From Microgenomates group bacterium (GTDB taxonomy: Bacteria; Patescibacteriota; Microgenomatia; UBA10105; UBA927), in assembly GCA_049287205.1 (NCBI GenBank), contig JBAQFJ010000001.1, positions 842,505 through 906,504 of the forward strand: DNA of 64,000 nucleotides, read 5' to 3'. The notes beneath the pieces were generated by a model. The model did no database searches. It saw only the letters and a program-made list of their open reading frames with translations, and was not told the DNA's origin. Both the position numbers and the translations under genes were made by a program. How positions within the stretch are numbered: position 1 is the stretch's first letter; each line of letters starts with the position of its first letter. Shown in pieces: positions 1 through 9,461 of the stretch.

Positions 1-515
1 CATCCGTCGGCAAATCGCGATAGGTTCTAATTGGATAATGATTTGCATACCGAAGTCGTAATGCGGTAAATGCAACTTTTCCTTTTTCAGAAAATATTGA
101 ATATTCTTCAACTTCTTTAATATCAGCGCCCGGATATGCTCCGTGAATCTGTTTTTCCACAAGATCCTTGATATTTTTAGGAACTGAAACATAAAAACGG
201 ATATCTTCGCGTTTTGCCACCAATTCAAATGAAATATGATCCTGCGGTTTGATAAATGCCCACCACTTATTGTTATAAATACCGTATAAACTGGAAAACA
301 TCTGCTCAGCTGCGTCAATTTTAATTTCATTTTCCCGGGGAACGGCGATTTGGAGAAGCACGTAAGATAATGACCTAGCTTCCCGATCACGATATTTCCA
401 AAGTAAAAAAGCTATATAAACAAATCCAATAAACGCCGCGCCAAAAAATAACAGCAACAATACACTTGTGCCAAATACTTCCGCCTGTCCGATAATTTCT
501 GTAAATTGTTCCGGC
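1..515 (-). CDS. hypothetical membrane-anchored protein, N-terminal part only (CDS runs off the window start)
   Basis: Minus-strand ATG at 515. N-terminus MPEQFTEIIGQAEVFGTSVLLLLFFGAAFIGFVYIAFLLW has one TM helix. Open frame continues to position 1. Last gene of the riboswitch-1 operon. Confidence 0.45.
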
Positions 516-521
516 ATACTC

Positions 522-926
522 TTATTGTATCAATCCTAGCTTTTTAAGTTTATAGCGACACCATTCTGCGAGCCAACGGAATGAATTTGTGATATTGGTA
601 TGTAATCCTTCAGCAATCTGCACATCTGAAAGCGGCAGCACAACGGTTGTTGCAGAATGTATGGGGCTCTGTACTCCGGTAACCTTGACTCCCAAGTTCT
701 GCACAGGAGGAGGAATAGTAACTGTGGTCGGTCTCGCTCTTACGCCAGCGGCGACAACTTCTTTGGGAAGATCCATCTCTTTTCCCAAATCTTTTACCTG
801 TGATTCCGCGGCGCCTATAGGACTATGTTCCTGTTCCTTCCCAAATGAACCAATCGAAGGGGTTATCGTAGTTTTTTGAGTGGAACTATCCCCGTTATTA
901 GGCAGGTTATTCATACGTTTTATCAT
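522..926 (-). CDS. hypothetical protein (134 aa)
   Basis: Track ORF. Same strand and tightly spaced between the 561-aa gene and the downstream membrane protein. No recognisable motif. Confidence 0.4.
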   Translation of the reverse strand: MIKRMNNLPNNGDSSTQKTTITPSIGSFGKEQEHSPIGAAESQVKDLGKEMDLPKEVVAAGVRARPTTVTIPPPVQNLGVKVTGVQSPIHSATTVVLPLSDVQIAEGLHTNITNSFRWLAEWCRYKLKKLGLIQ

Positions 927-966
927 ACCACACTATGCGCTTCATTATGGGAATTTCGATGATGTA

Positions 967-2652
967 TTAACTCACCATCGCATACATATGTCTCCGCATA
1001 TGCTTTCTCTCCAACAAAGATAAATAGTATTCAATCTCCTCAAGATTTTCTTCCCGCACGTCTGTTTGTATAACCTGCATCTGCCTATGTAGGATGGTAT
1101 CTGTTCCAAACTGTTGTTTAATAACTTTTCTTAAAAAGTGCAACAGATTATGTATCCGCTGATTTTGATCTTTTGGCATTTCAACCTCAAACATTTCCGG
1201 CCGTTCGGTTGCCTCTGTAAGCGGCAAAATCCAACATAGTTTTCTAACTTTTTTTGCATCTTTTGGAGCTTTCTCCTGCGTCTGTACCTCTTCTTTCACT
1301 GGGTTGGCAAATAACTGATACACTTCAGCGGGTTCAATTTCTACAACAGATTCTTGTACGCCTGCTAAGAAATACTCTTCAAGTGTTTTCTGCACAACAA
1401 TATTTTCCTCACTATCTTCGTATTGCACTGCTTCAATGTGCTCCGATTGTATTTCCTTCATATAGGGTGGCACATCCGTCACTAATTGTGATACTTCAGA
1501 TTGAAATTCTTGGACACTTGGCCGCCAGTCTCCCACATACTCTTCCTGTAGTTTCATGTCTGCGTTTTGCACTTCCTGCATAATCACGGCATCATAGACA
1601 ATCTCCGCTTTTGTTGATTCACTAGGTACACTATCATATAGTGGTTGTAGCATTGTTGGCTCTATTTGATCGGATTGCTCATGTGTTTCTTTGTACTGAA
1701 ATAACACCGTTACCACAGAAGTCTTTTCTTGTTGCGATACGTGCGTGTCCTCCACTTCAACTATTTTCAGTACTTGCGGTTCTTCTTCCTCAATTTTTGT
1801 ATTTTTTATCATTTCTTCATTCACCGCTACTTGTTGATGTGTTTCTCCCTGACCAACAATGAAAGGAACACTGTATGGTTCTGAACCAGTATTTTCAACA
1901 ACCACATCTCTCACATCTGTTGCTGTGAAAGATACAAATGGCAAAGGAATATATGCCCTATCCCGTTCTTGTTCAATGCGGTATTTTTGCTGATTTGATT
2001 GTACAAATTGTTTTTTTGGAGCTGTAACAATATCTTTTAAAACAGGTCGGACAATTTCGTTCGCACGAGATACGGACAGTTCTTTGTCTGAAAAAATAAA
2101 TACGTTATTTGTCACAAAAACAGATGCAAGTACAGGAAAATATTCCTGCATAAACGCTTGTATAGTTTTCCCCTGCGCTTCTTGCGTCACAGCGGTATTT
2201 ATCATTGTTGTTTTTCCAACTTTTGTTATCGGGTCATACTCCATGATCACGATATCGCGACCGCCATAGCTTGTTGTAACTATCGTTGCACCCTCCTGAA
2301 ATTGGTTTTGGATTAACAGAGATGTCGCGTGTTCTTCCGGAGAATATTTTTCAGGCATTAACCGTTTTTGCCGCTCACTTAAATCCACTAATCCCACTCC
2401 CATACCATATTTCGGATACCACACTAATCCGGCATCGTCTACAGTAAACGCGGCTTCCGGAACTTCATATATCTGCAATCCTCTATTCTCCCGTTTTACA
2501 GTTACCTGCTCCGCTAAAAATTTCGGAAGTAAATCTTGTGCAGTATGCACACGAAGTTCATGCGGTTCCCATTCTGGATGGTCTTGTTGAAATGAAGCAA
2601 ATTTGTCTTTATATGCTGCGAGTGAATTTTCTTTTTCCGGTATACAGTACAT
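967..2652 (-). CDS. uncharacterised acidic (Glu/Gln-rich) cytoplasmic protein; first gene after riboswitch copy 1
   Basis: Track ORF 967..2703 begins with GTG. A better start is the internal ATG (M18, top 2652) directly preceded by AGGAGG. No signal peptide and no known domain recognised. Confidence 0.5.
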   Translation of the reverse strand: MYCIPEKENSLAAYKDKFASFQQDHPEWEPHELRVHTAQDLLPKFLAEQVTVKRENRGLQIYEVPEAAFTVDDAGLVWYPKYGMGVGLVDLSERQKRLMPEKYSPEEHATSLLIQNQFQEGATIVTTSYGGRDIVIMEYDPITKVGKTTMINTAVTQEAQGKTIQAFMQEYFPVLASVFVTNNVFIFSDKELSVSRANEIVRPVLKDIVTAPKKQFVQSNQQKYRIEQERDRAYIPLPFVSFTATDVRDVVVENTGSEPYSVPFIVGQGETHQQVAVNEEMIKNTKIEEEEPQVLKIVEVEDTHVSQQEKTSVVTVLFQYKETHEQSDQIEPTMLQPLYDSVPSESTKAEIVYDAVIMQEVQNADMKLQEEYVGDWRPSVQEFQSEVSQLVTDVPPYMKEIQSEHIEAVQYEDSEENIVVQKTLEEYFLAGVQESVVEIEPAEVYQLFANPVKEEVQTQEKAPKDAKKVRKLCWILPLTEATERPEMFEVEMPKDQNQRIHNLLHFLRKVIKQQFGTDTILHRQMQVIQTDVREENLEEIEYYLSLLERKHMRRHMYAMVS

Positions 2653-2818
2653 ACCTGCCTCCTGCTCGGGAATATATAAAGGGGAGTATCGGACTTTTCC
2701 CACTTCGCTAAAGCTTCGCGGGATTACACCGTTGCGGCACAGTGACTGAATTCCTCGCCCCGCGTAGCTTGTACTCGCGAAGTGGGGGCACAGTCTTCCT
2801 CATCCTTTATATTAGTTT
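2653..2818 (-). promoter_or_regulatory. putative cobalamin riboswitch (copy 1), RBS-sequestering type
   Basis: About 75% identical to copy 2. Contains CCACTGTGCCGCAACGG, GGGAAAAGTCCG (B12-box-like AGYCMGGA start) and CCCGAGCAGGAGGCAGG ending in SD plus ATG. Lies in a 5' leader on the coding strand. Confidence 0.45.
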
Positions 2819-3325
2819 TTAATGACCGACTTGACGCGTAGCATATTTTTTTCTGAAGGATTCCACAAGGGCAAATCCGCCAAAAAATACACCTGAATAC
2901 ATCAAATCGCCAACCAGTGTGTTTCTAAAAAATGGAATCGCCATTGCGTAACATTCCATGAGTCCTGAAAATGTTTTTGCATACATATAATTTGGAGCGA
3001 GCCATACTGCAAAATTTGTAACAACAAAAAACACAATAGACGATACCACTGTTGACCCAATAATCCACCCCGCACTATTCTTTGAAGCGATATATTTCCC
3101 GATAAATATTCCCACAATCAATGCACCATATGTCGCCCACATGACAGAATGCAGTCCTTTTATACTGTCAGCAATCAGCATGGTGGAAAGAAGGACAATA
3201 AGACTTTTTTTCACTCCATATTTTGCACCCATAAATAATGATACTGCCCCCACCGCCGTCAAATTTGGTGCATGTGGAGCGAGTCTTGAAACAACACCTA
3301 AAAGCGTAAAAATAAATAATTCCAT
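2819..3325 (-). CDS. ECF transporter S component, CbrT-like (probable cobalamin-specific substrate-binding membrane protein)
   Basis: About 170 aa, 5-6 TM helices, ECF-S-like. Immediately downstream of a DUF4430 gene and a B12-riboswitch-like leader. Internal ATG at 3325 preferred over the track's TTG at 3361. Confidence 0.5.
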   Translation of the reverse strand: MELFIFTLLGVVSRLAPHAPNLTAVGAVSLFMGAKYGVKKSLIVLLSTMLIADSIKGLHSVMWATYGALIVGIFIGKYIASKNSAGWIIGSTVVSSIVFFVVTNFAVWLAPNYMYAKTFSGLMECYAMAIPFFRNTLVGDLMYSGVFFGGFALVESFRKKYATRQVGH

Positions 3326-3329
3326 AGTT

Positions 3330-3758
3330 TTAAAAAATTGATTTTTCAAATTTCCACTCAACCTGATCCCCTGTTTTTAATTCATACACATCTGCCGCAA
3401 CGTTTCCTGATACAGTATTCACATAATAAATCCAACCATACTCTGCATTTGAAATAACATCATTAATTCCTGTAACAAATTTCCCAAAATCATATTGTTT
3501 TGTTAGCACCGTTTGTTTGTTTTGCTCCGCACCAATAATCAGTGCTTCGTATGGCGTGGTGGCGGAAACGGAAGCGGTAAACAGTTCTGTCGCCTTACCG
3601 GTGTCAATAGTGATAGAAACAGATGGTTTAGATACAGGCTTGGCAACGGCAATTTTCTCTGCATACTTTGTTTCTAATCCGTTTTTCACAAACAACACTC
3701 CGAGCACCACACACATAATAATGAGAAGAATTGTTCTGAAGTTTATTGTTTTTTTCAT
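3330..3758 (-). CDS. DUF4430-family putative cobalamin-binding lipoprotein-like protein
   Basis: N-terminal signal/TM helix, then AEYGWIYYVNTVSGNVAADVYELKTGDQVEWKF matching the DUF4430 signature (GW.Y.VN ... LK.GD.V.W.F). This family classically follows B12 riboswitches. Confidence 0.6.
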   Translation of the reverse strand: MKKTINFRTILLIIMCVVLGVLFVKNGLETKYAEKIAVAKPVSKPSVSITIDTGKATELFTASVSATTPYEALIIGAEQNKQTVLTKQYDFGKFVTGINDVISNAEYGWIYYVNTVSGNVAADVYELKTGDQVEWKFEKSIF

Positions 3759-3780
3759 AGTTTTTACATTTCCCCATTAA

Positions 3781-3968
3781 AAAACCTTCTCGTTTTTATA
3801 CATAAAACCCGAGAAGGCAGTACTCTCTATTTTTTCCTGCTCGGGATAGTCTCACAATAAAGAAAAAGTTCCGGACTTTCCTTCGACAATGCTCAGGATT
3901 ACCGTTGCGGCACAGTGGTTGAATTCCTCGCTCACGTAGCTTGACGCGAAGTGGGGGCACAACCTTCC
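3781..3968 (-). promoter_or_regulatory. putative cobalamin riboswitch (copy 2) with intrinsic-terminator expression platform
   Basis: Minus strand carries GGAATTCAACCACTGTGCCGCAACGG ... GAAGGAAAGTCCGGAAC (CACTG / GGGAAGTC-like / B12-box start). Then CCCGAGCAGG and CCTTCTCGGG, which overlaps a terminator hairpin CCTTCTCG-loop-CGAGAAGG + TTTTTT. Sits upstream of the DUF4430-CbrT operon. Confidence 0.5.
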
Positions 3969-4535
3969 TTATTCCTTATATTCGTGTCCGCTCCACACAA
4001 CATCTGGGACACCAACTGTTTTATTTATACCTCGCGCAATAATAAATAACAAGTCGGATAATCTGTTTACATACATCACCATAAGTGACATATGTTCTTT
4101 CGACACTGTACCGTTCATTTTTTTTGACCTGCTGTATGCAACCATCTGTCTTTCCACCCGCCTGGTAATACTCCGTACAATGTGAACAGTTGCCGACTCT
4201 TTTGTTCCGCCCGGCAAAACAAAATGAGAAAGAGGAGGGAGTTTTGTTTCAATCTCATCTATCCTTTTTTCCATTTCCCTAACCCGATGATTCAAAGATG
4301 ACACATCCCCTTTCCACCCCGCAAGTGTGCTACCGATAAGAAATAAGTCGTGCTGTACACAAACAAGCAGGTGTTTATTTTTCCCAATATGCGAAGTGTT
4401 GATTAATAATCCGATCCAACTATTTACCTCATCGATGGAACCGTATACTTCAACCAGACTATCGCATTTTACGACCCGTTTTCCACCAAAAAGCGCTGTA
4501 GTTCCATCGTCACCGGTCCGAGTATATACTGGCAT
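3969..4535 (-). CDS. pduO: ATP:cob(I)alamin adenosyltransferase, PduO type
   Basis: MPVYTRTGDDGTTALFGGKRV ... signature of PduO/MMAB-type adenosyltransferases. ATG at 4535 sits 2 nt after the nrdJ stop. Confidence 0.8.
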   Translation of the reverse strand: MPVYTRTGDDGTTALFGGKRVVKCDSLVEVYGSIDEVNSWIGLLINTSHIGKNKHLLVCVQHDLFLIGSTLAGWKGDVSSLNHRVREMEKRIDEIETKLPPLSHFVLPGGTKESATVHIVRSITRRVERQMVAYSRSKKMNGTVSKEHMSLMVMYVNRLSDLLFIIARGINKTVGVPDVVWSGHEYKE

Positions 4536-4537
4536 AC

Positions 4538-6958
4538 TTAACACTCACTGTATCCGCAGTTGTAGCATTTTTTACATGATTCTTCAAAAACAAGCGTGCC
4601 TTCACCGCACTTCGGACACAAATCAACCGTCACCATGCGATGCTCTTTTTCTTCAAGAGCTACCACTTTCGGTGTCGCTCCCATTTTTGCTAAAAGCGCC
4701 TGAATATCTTCTCCGGTTTTCTTTTCTTCATTGTTATTTCCTTTTTCCACCGTTACCCGATCTGGTTCTGTAACCGATGCATCAAGTCTGTGTTTTGCAA
4801 AAAATCCAAAATGCCGGTCGATAACTTTTGCAACCGCATCAGGCAAACTCCTCACACGATTTTCTCCAAATCCGAGTGACCTAGCTCCACCAATGCCGAT
4901 GAGTTCAGCGGCAACTTTTCGTGCCCTCTCCATTGGTGCAATTGGAGATGCCATACGGAGTATCAAAGAAATCAATCGTCCCATTGCCTCTGCCATTGCA
5001 GTAACATCACTTCCCGCTTTGCCAACATTGATGAATACCTCAATCGGTTGATTTCCGCCATTCGTATTTACCGTTACATATGCCTGCCCAACCGGCGTTT
5101 CCGCCCGATATGTTGACCCGTGCACTATATCCGGTCGCGGTTTCACTTCAGCGGCTTGTACAACCACTTCCTTTACCTCTTCTTTCTTTGGCTCTTCTTT
5201 TCTTGTTAAGACTCCCTGTCTGCTTCCTTCCCGCATATATGCAATTCCTTTGCATCCGAGATCATATGCGAGTGTATAAATCCGTTTTACATCCTCTACC
5301 GTGTGTACATTCGGTGCGTTTACCGTTTTACTGATAGATGCATCGACATATTTTTGAATTGCCGCCTGTACTTCAACATGATTTTCCGGTGTCAAATCAT
5401 TTGCTGATGCAAAATAGTCTGGTCTGTCTTCTTTAGTTGGTTCTCTCCCGTTTTCTGCCTTAAATTGTTCAAACCATGCGTCATACAGTTCATGCCGGAT
5501 CACATGATCACCTAACCTATCATGTCGCATGTATTCAAACTCATATACTGGTTCAATTCCACTGGAAACTCCAGACAACATAGATGTTGAACCAGTCGGG
5601 GCTTGCTGCAATAATAATGAATTTCTCACCCCGTATCTCCTCATTTTCTTTTTCAATTCATCAGGCAATTGGCTGGGAAAGTATCCTTCAACATGCTTCT
5701 TCTTATCAATTTTTGGGAACGGTCCTTTTTCTTTCGCAATCATGATGGATGACTCATAGGCCGCATCTCTGATTGTTTTATAAATTTTATCAATCACTGC
5801 CAAGCTTTCTTTTGATCCATAACGGATTTTCATCTTGATAAGTGCGTCACCCAAGCCCATGGTGCCAAGACCAATACGCCGTTCTCCTTCCAGTTGCACT
5901 TTTTTGATTTCATCAAATATATACACGTCAGCATCAACCACATTGTCCTGAAACCGAACACCGATTTTAGCAACTTCCGCAAGACGCTCATAATTCATCG
6001 TGCCATCAACACCCACAAGTGCAGCCAAATTGATGGAGCATAAATTACAAACGCCCCAATACGGCAAACCTTCCTCACCACACGGATTCACACAATTCAC
6101 AAATTCATAATAATAATTATTAAACTGTTTATTGTATCTCTCCATAAATACAACACCCGGCTCGGCACTTGTCCAAGCTGCTTTTGCAACCAAATCCCAT
6201 AATTCCCGCGCTTTTACCGTTTTAATTATTTTTGGCGTTTTCCCAAGTGCTAACCAGTTTGGCATATATCCATCCCATTTCGTGTCATAGTCAGGATCTT
6301 GCGTGTCAGGGAAAATCAGATTCCAATCTTCATCGTTTTTAACAGCGGTCATAAATGCATCAGATACACACACGGAAAGATTTGCACCGTTAATTTTTGT
6401 TAAATCTTGTTTCACTGTAATGAATTCTTCTATATCCGGATGCCAATCCCAAAGCATTAACATTAAAGCTCCACGGCGCGTTCCACCCTGCTGAATAATA
6501 TCTTTTGTTGCCACAGAAAACAATTCTGCCCAATTAATAGGACCGGAAGAAAAACCGTTCACTTTTTTTACTCGGGAGCCCCGAGGTCTCAATGTTGAAA
6601 GGTTAATTCCCACTCCTCCACCCCGCGCCATAATTTCCACCATGTTAGACAAGGTTGAAAGAATACCGCCTCTGGAGTCTTTTGGTGATGGGATGACAAA
6701 ACAGTTATAGAAGGTTACCTTATATCCGGTTCCAGCTCCTGAAAGAATTCTGCCACCTGGGACAAACACAAAGTCTTGCATGACATCGTAGAATTTTTCT
6801 TCCCAGTGTAATCGGGTTTCTGGTTTTTCGATTTTTGCCACCGCGTGAGCAACACGGTGCCACATATCCTCAGGAGTTTTTTCTATTGGAGCTCCCATCT
6901 CGTCTTTGAGTGCATATCGGTCCAAAAAGACCTTGCTACGAATTCCAGTAAGTTCCAT
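4538..6958 (-). CDS. nrdJ: ribonucleoside-triphosphate/diphosphate reductase, class II (adenosylcobalamin-dependent)
   Basis: 806 aa. RNR catalytic core motifs and a C-terminal Cys4 zinc ribbon (CPKCGEGTLVFEESCKKCYNCG) typical of NrdJ. Confidence 0.9.
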   Translation of the reverse strand: MELTGIRSKVFLDRYALKDEMGAPIEKTPEDMWHRVAHAVAKIEKPETRLHWEEKFYDVMQDFVFVPGGRILSGAGTGYKVTFYNCFVIPSPKDSRGGILSTLSNMVEIMARGGGVGINLSTLRPRGSRVKKVNGFSSGPINWAELFSVATKDIIQQGGTRRGALMLMLWDWHPDIEEFITVKQDLTKINGANLSVCVSDAFMTAVKNDEDWNLIFPDTQDPDYDTKWDGYMPNWLALGKTPKIIKTVKARELWDLVAKAAWTSAEPGVVFMERYNKQFNNYYYEFVNCVNPCGEEGLPYWGVCNLCSINLAALVGVDGTMNYERLAEVAKIGVRFQDNVVDADVYIFDEIKKVQLEGERRIGLGTMGLGDALIKMKIRYGSKESLAVIDKIYKTIRDAAYESSIMIAKEKGPFPKIDKKKHVEGYFPSQLPDELKKKMRRYGVRNSLLLQQAPTGSTSMLSGVSSGIEPVYEFEYMRHDRLGDHVIRHELYDAWFEQFKAENGREPTKEDRPDYFASANDLTPENHVEVQAAIQKYVDASISKTVNAPNVHTVEDVKRIYTLAYDLGCKGIAYMREGSRQGVLTRKEEPKKEEVKEVVVQAAEVKPRPDIVHGSTYRAETPVGQAYVTVNTNGGNQPIEVFINVGKAGSDVTAMAEAMGRLISLILRMASPIAPMERARKVAAELIGIGGARSLGFGENRVRSLPDAVAKVIDRHFGFFAKHRLDASVTEPDRVTVEKGNNNEEKKTGEDIQALLAKMGATPKVVALEEKEHRMVTVDLCPKCGEGTLVFEESCKKCYNCGYSEC

Positions 6959-6980
6959 ATAGAAACACCTCCTTTAAAGG

Positions 6981-7427
6981 TTACGAAATTTTTTTTACTT
7001 CTTTTGCTAAATCTTCAATATCAACAAATTGCTTAAATACACTCGAAAATCGAATATATGCAATCTTATCTAGTTTTTTTAATCGTTTTGCAACGAACAT
7101 ACCAATCGTATTACTTGTCACTTCATTGGTGTCTCCGCTAATAATCTCTTTCTCCACTTCATCAACAATTCTTGCTACATCAGGAGCTGTAATCGTTGTT
7201 TTCCCGCTTGCCCGCCAAATACCTCTGCTTAATTTTTCCCGATCAAATGTTTCCCGTCTATTGTCTTTTTTGATAACTGTTATCGGTACATGCTCAACGC
7301 GTTCATATGTTGTAAACCTTTTCTCACACTTTTGGCAAGCCCTTCTTCTTCGAGTAACCGTCAAATCCTCGCTGTCTCGCGTTTCAAGTACATCAGTATC
7401 TTTATTGTCGCAATAGGGACATTTCAT
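6981..7427 (-). CDS. nrdR: transcriptional repressor NrdR
   Basis: MKCPYCDNKDTDVLETRDSEDLTVTRRRRACQKCEKRFTTYERVE zinc ribbon plus ATP-cone. Lies 22 nt upstream of nrdJ. Confidence 0.9.
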   Translation of the reverse strand: MKCPYCDNKDTDVLETRDSEDLTVTRRRRACQKCEKRFTTYERVEHVPITVIKKDNRRETFDREKLSRGIWRASGKTTITAPDVARIVDEVEKEIISGDTNEVTSNTIGMFVAKRLKKLDKIAYIRFSSVFKQFVDIEDLAKEVKKIS

Positions 7428-7477
7428 AGTATTTTTATTAATTTTTTCTTTTTAATCGTGAACGTGTGTGAAAAGTA

Positions 7478-7526
7478 AAACGCTATATGTGGTGACATCA
7501 ATGATAGTAAAACACTAATTATAGGG
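7478..7526. promoter_or_regulatory. two candidate NrdR boxes upstream of nrdR-nrdJ
   Basis: aaaCGCTATATGTGGTG (7478-7494) and aACACTAATTATAGgg (7511-7526) resemble the acaCwAtATaTwGtgt consensus. Centres are about 33 bp apart, 50-100 bp upstream of the nrdR start. Confidence 0.35.
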
Positions 7527-7660
7527 GGTCAATAGAGTTCTTCTATATCAAAACCAGTCAATATTTCACTACAGCTTCAATTCAGTTTTTTTGAAGAAAT
7601 ACTACGGAAATAGTAGTACACGCGGTACACTTTTGTGTTCATTCATTGAAACTCGTCTGA

Positions 7661-8218
7661 TTATTGCAACTCTTTTGCTCGTTCGATCAATTGCGTGACC
7701 CGTGTTAAAGACTCTGTCAGTCCATTTTTTTGTTCTTCGCTCGCCGCAAGCAACATTTCAGAAAGGATCTCTTCATGCTTTGCAAGCGATACATGAAGAT
7801 GATCGATAACATACACCGGAATAGTTGCTCCGGTTTTTTGATACTCGAGCAATGTACTTACCGCCTTTTCCATATATTTTTCCGCTTTACTCGTTGTTGT
7901 TTCCGCAAGCTCATGCTTTCCCGATGTAATAAGTAGCACACTCATCTGTAACCGTTTATCTCCCTGCAAAATATAAAACTCTCCTTTTTTCACGGGCTCC
8001 GCGATAATCTGTTCCAAAATAAAATCTCTCAAGCGTTTCAGTATATATAATGGATGGTCTGGCAGTACTCCTGGATATGGCAATGCATATTCAATTTTTG
8101 TTTTTGTATTTTCAACAGTTTTTGTGTTTAATTCAGGATTTACAGCAAGCACCGTATGCCAAACGCCGGCGACAAGAAATAATATAATGGCGAAGATAAA
8201 AAGTATTCTTTGTTTCAT
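7661..8218 (-). CDS. secreted hypothetical protein (DUF5667-like)
   Basis: N-terminal TM/signal, LPYPGVLPDHPLYILKRLRD motif. Confidence 0.45.
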   Translation of the reverse strand: MKQRILFIFAIILFLVAGVWHTVLAVNPELNTKTVENTKTKIEYALPYPGVLPDHPLYILKRLRDFILEQIIAEPVKKGEFYILQGDKRLQMSVLLITSGKHELAETTTSKAEKYMEKAVSTLLEYQKTGATIPVYVIDHLHVSLAKHEEILSEMLLAASEEQKNGLTESLTRVTQLIERAKELQ

Positions 8219-8227
8219 ATTGCCTCC

Positions 8228-8791
8228 CTACTCTTGTTGTAGTATAGCGTTTTTACAAGTTTTTATCATTTCTTCTGTATCCATCCCCATCAAAGAACAT
8301 AATTCCGCCTCTATCTGCTTTGCTTTTGGATACGCTGCGCGCAATACTTTTTGTTCTTTAGGAGTTATGTGCTCTGCTTCCCACAAATGAAACCGTTCAT
8401 CTACAGAGATCACTTCATATTTAGTCATTTTATCCGCAAGATACACTATTTTTTCCTCAAGTGATTTTGGAGCAATGTTGGAATCAAGAATTGCGTGTAA
8501 TGGATGTGTACGAACGATACCCGCAACTTCATCATATCCAAGCTCAGTGAGTATCCTGACTCCACAATCAGGATGCGTTTCACCTGGAAGTCCCGATATG
8601 TTTTTATCTATGTCGTGCAACAGTCCCGCAACATATACCAGCTCTTTTGATATACAAATACCTTTTTTCTGTTCTATCTGCGTTGCTATCCACCTGGCAA
8701 CGCGGGCAACTAAAAGGGAATGTTTTTGCTTCTGTTCTGGCAACGCATACGTTTGCCACAAAGCGATCGCTTGATCAGATGTTGGAATCAT
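8228..8791 (-). CDS. HD-domain phosphohydrolase
   Basis: LLHDIDK and downstream H/D residues of the HD superfamily. Confidence 0.65.
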   Translation of the reverse strand: MIPTSDQAIALWQTYALPEQKQKHSLLVARVARWIATQIEQKKGICISKELVYVAGLLHDIDKNISGLPGETHPDCGVRILTELGYDEVAGIVRTHPLHAILDSNIAPKSLEEKIVYLADKMTKYEVISVDERFHLWEAEHITPKEQKVLRAAYPKAKQIEAELCSLMGMDTEEMIKTCKNAILQQE

Positions 8792-8797
8792 TGCTGT

Positions 8798-9433
8798 TTA
8801 TTCCTCTTTTGGTTGACCATTTGCCTGAAAATACCCAAGTGCTTGAAGAACAAGGTTCAGTGTTTCTTTTGGACCGTGTGAATATGTATTAATGATTAAA
8901 TCGTAATGTTTTGGATCCCAAAAGTCAGTTACCCCATACATCCGTTCCCATTTTCCAATATTTGCTTCTTCTCGTTCGCGTAAATGTTTCTTTGCTTCTT
9001 CGACTGATAAGCTATCACGATTGACCACTCGGTCAATACGAAGTGAATCATCGGTCATCAACAAGACCTTTAATACATGTGGCAACCCCCGCATATTCCA
9101 TCCGGCAATCCATGATTCGACTGCCACGTGGGTCTCAGGATCAGAAAGTTTTTCTCGCATGGCAGCATCAATTTGATGATCAATTTCATCACTATAATCT
9201 GTTGCTTTATGATGGGTCACATCATTTACATCATGTTTCCCGTTTTCAATTGCAAATTTTCTTGCCCAGTCGCCGCCGGAAAATATTTCCCACCCTAACG
9301 GCTCAACGATTTCTTTTAAATTTTTTAGAAGCGTCGACCTTCCCGCTCCCGGCCTGCCGGAAATTGCGACACTTGAATATTTTAGTTTAGCCGTTAAAGT
9401 GTTCATGTTCCTATTATAGAACGGGAGTTGCAA
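8798..9433 (-). CDS. cytidylate-kinase-like P-loop NTPase family protein
   Basis: Walker A GRPGAGRST, about 200 aa, Cytidylate_kin2-like layout. Confidence 0.5.
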   Translation of the reverse strand: MQLPFYNRNMNTLTAKLKYSSVAISGRPGAGRSTLLKNLKEIVEPLGWEIFSGGDWARKFAIENGKHDVNDVTHHKATDYSDEIDHQIDAAMREKLSDPETHVAVESWIAGWNMRGLPHVLKVLLMTDDSLRIDRVVNRDSLSVEEAKKHLREREEANIGKWERMYGVTDFWDPKHYDLIINTYSHGPKETLNLVLQALGYFQANGQPKEE

Positions 9434-9461
9434 TCGTCAAGTAATTGCTAGATACTAGGGT

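Noticed and set aside
3781-3968. GGAAAGTCCGG motif suggested RNase P RNA
   Set aside because: The motif occurs in two near-identical copies, both in 5' leaders followed by terminator or RBS hairpins. No P4/P10-12 RNase P core elements were found. A riboswitch interpretation fits better.
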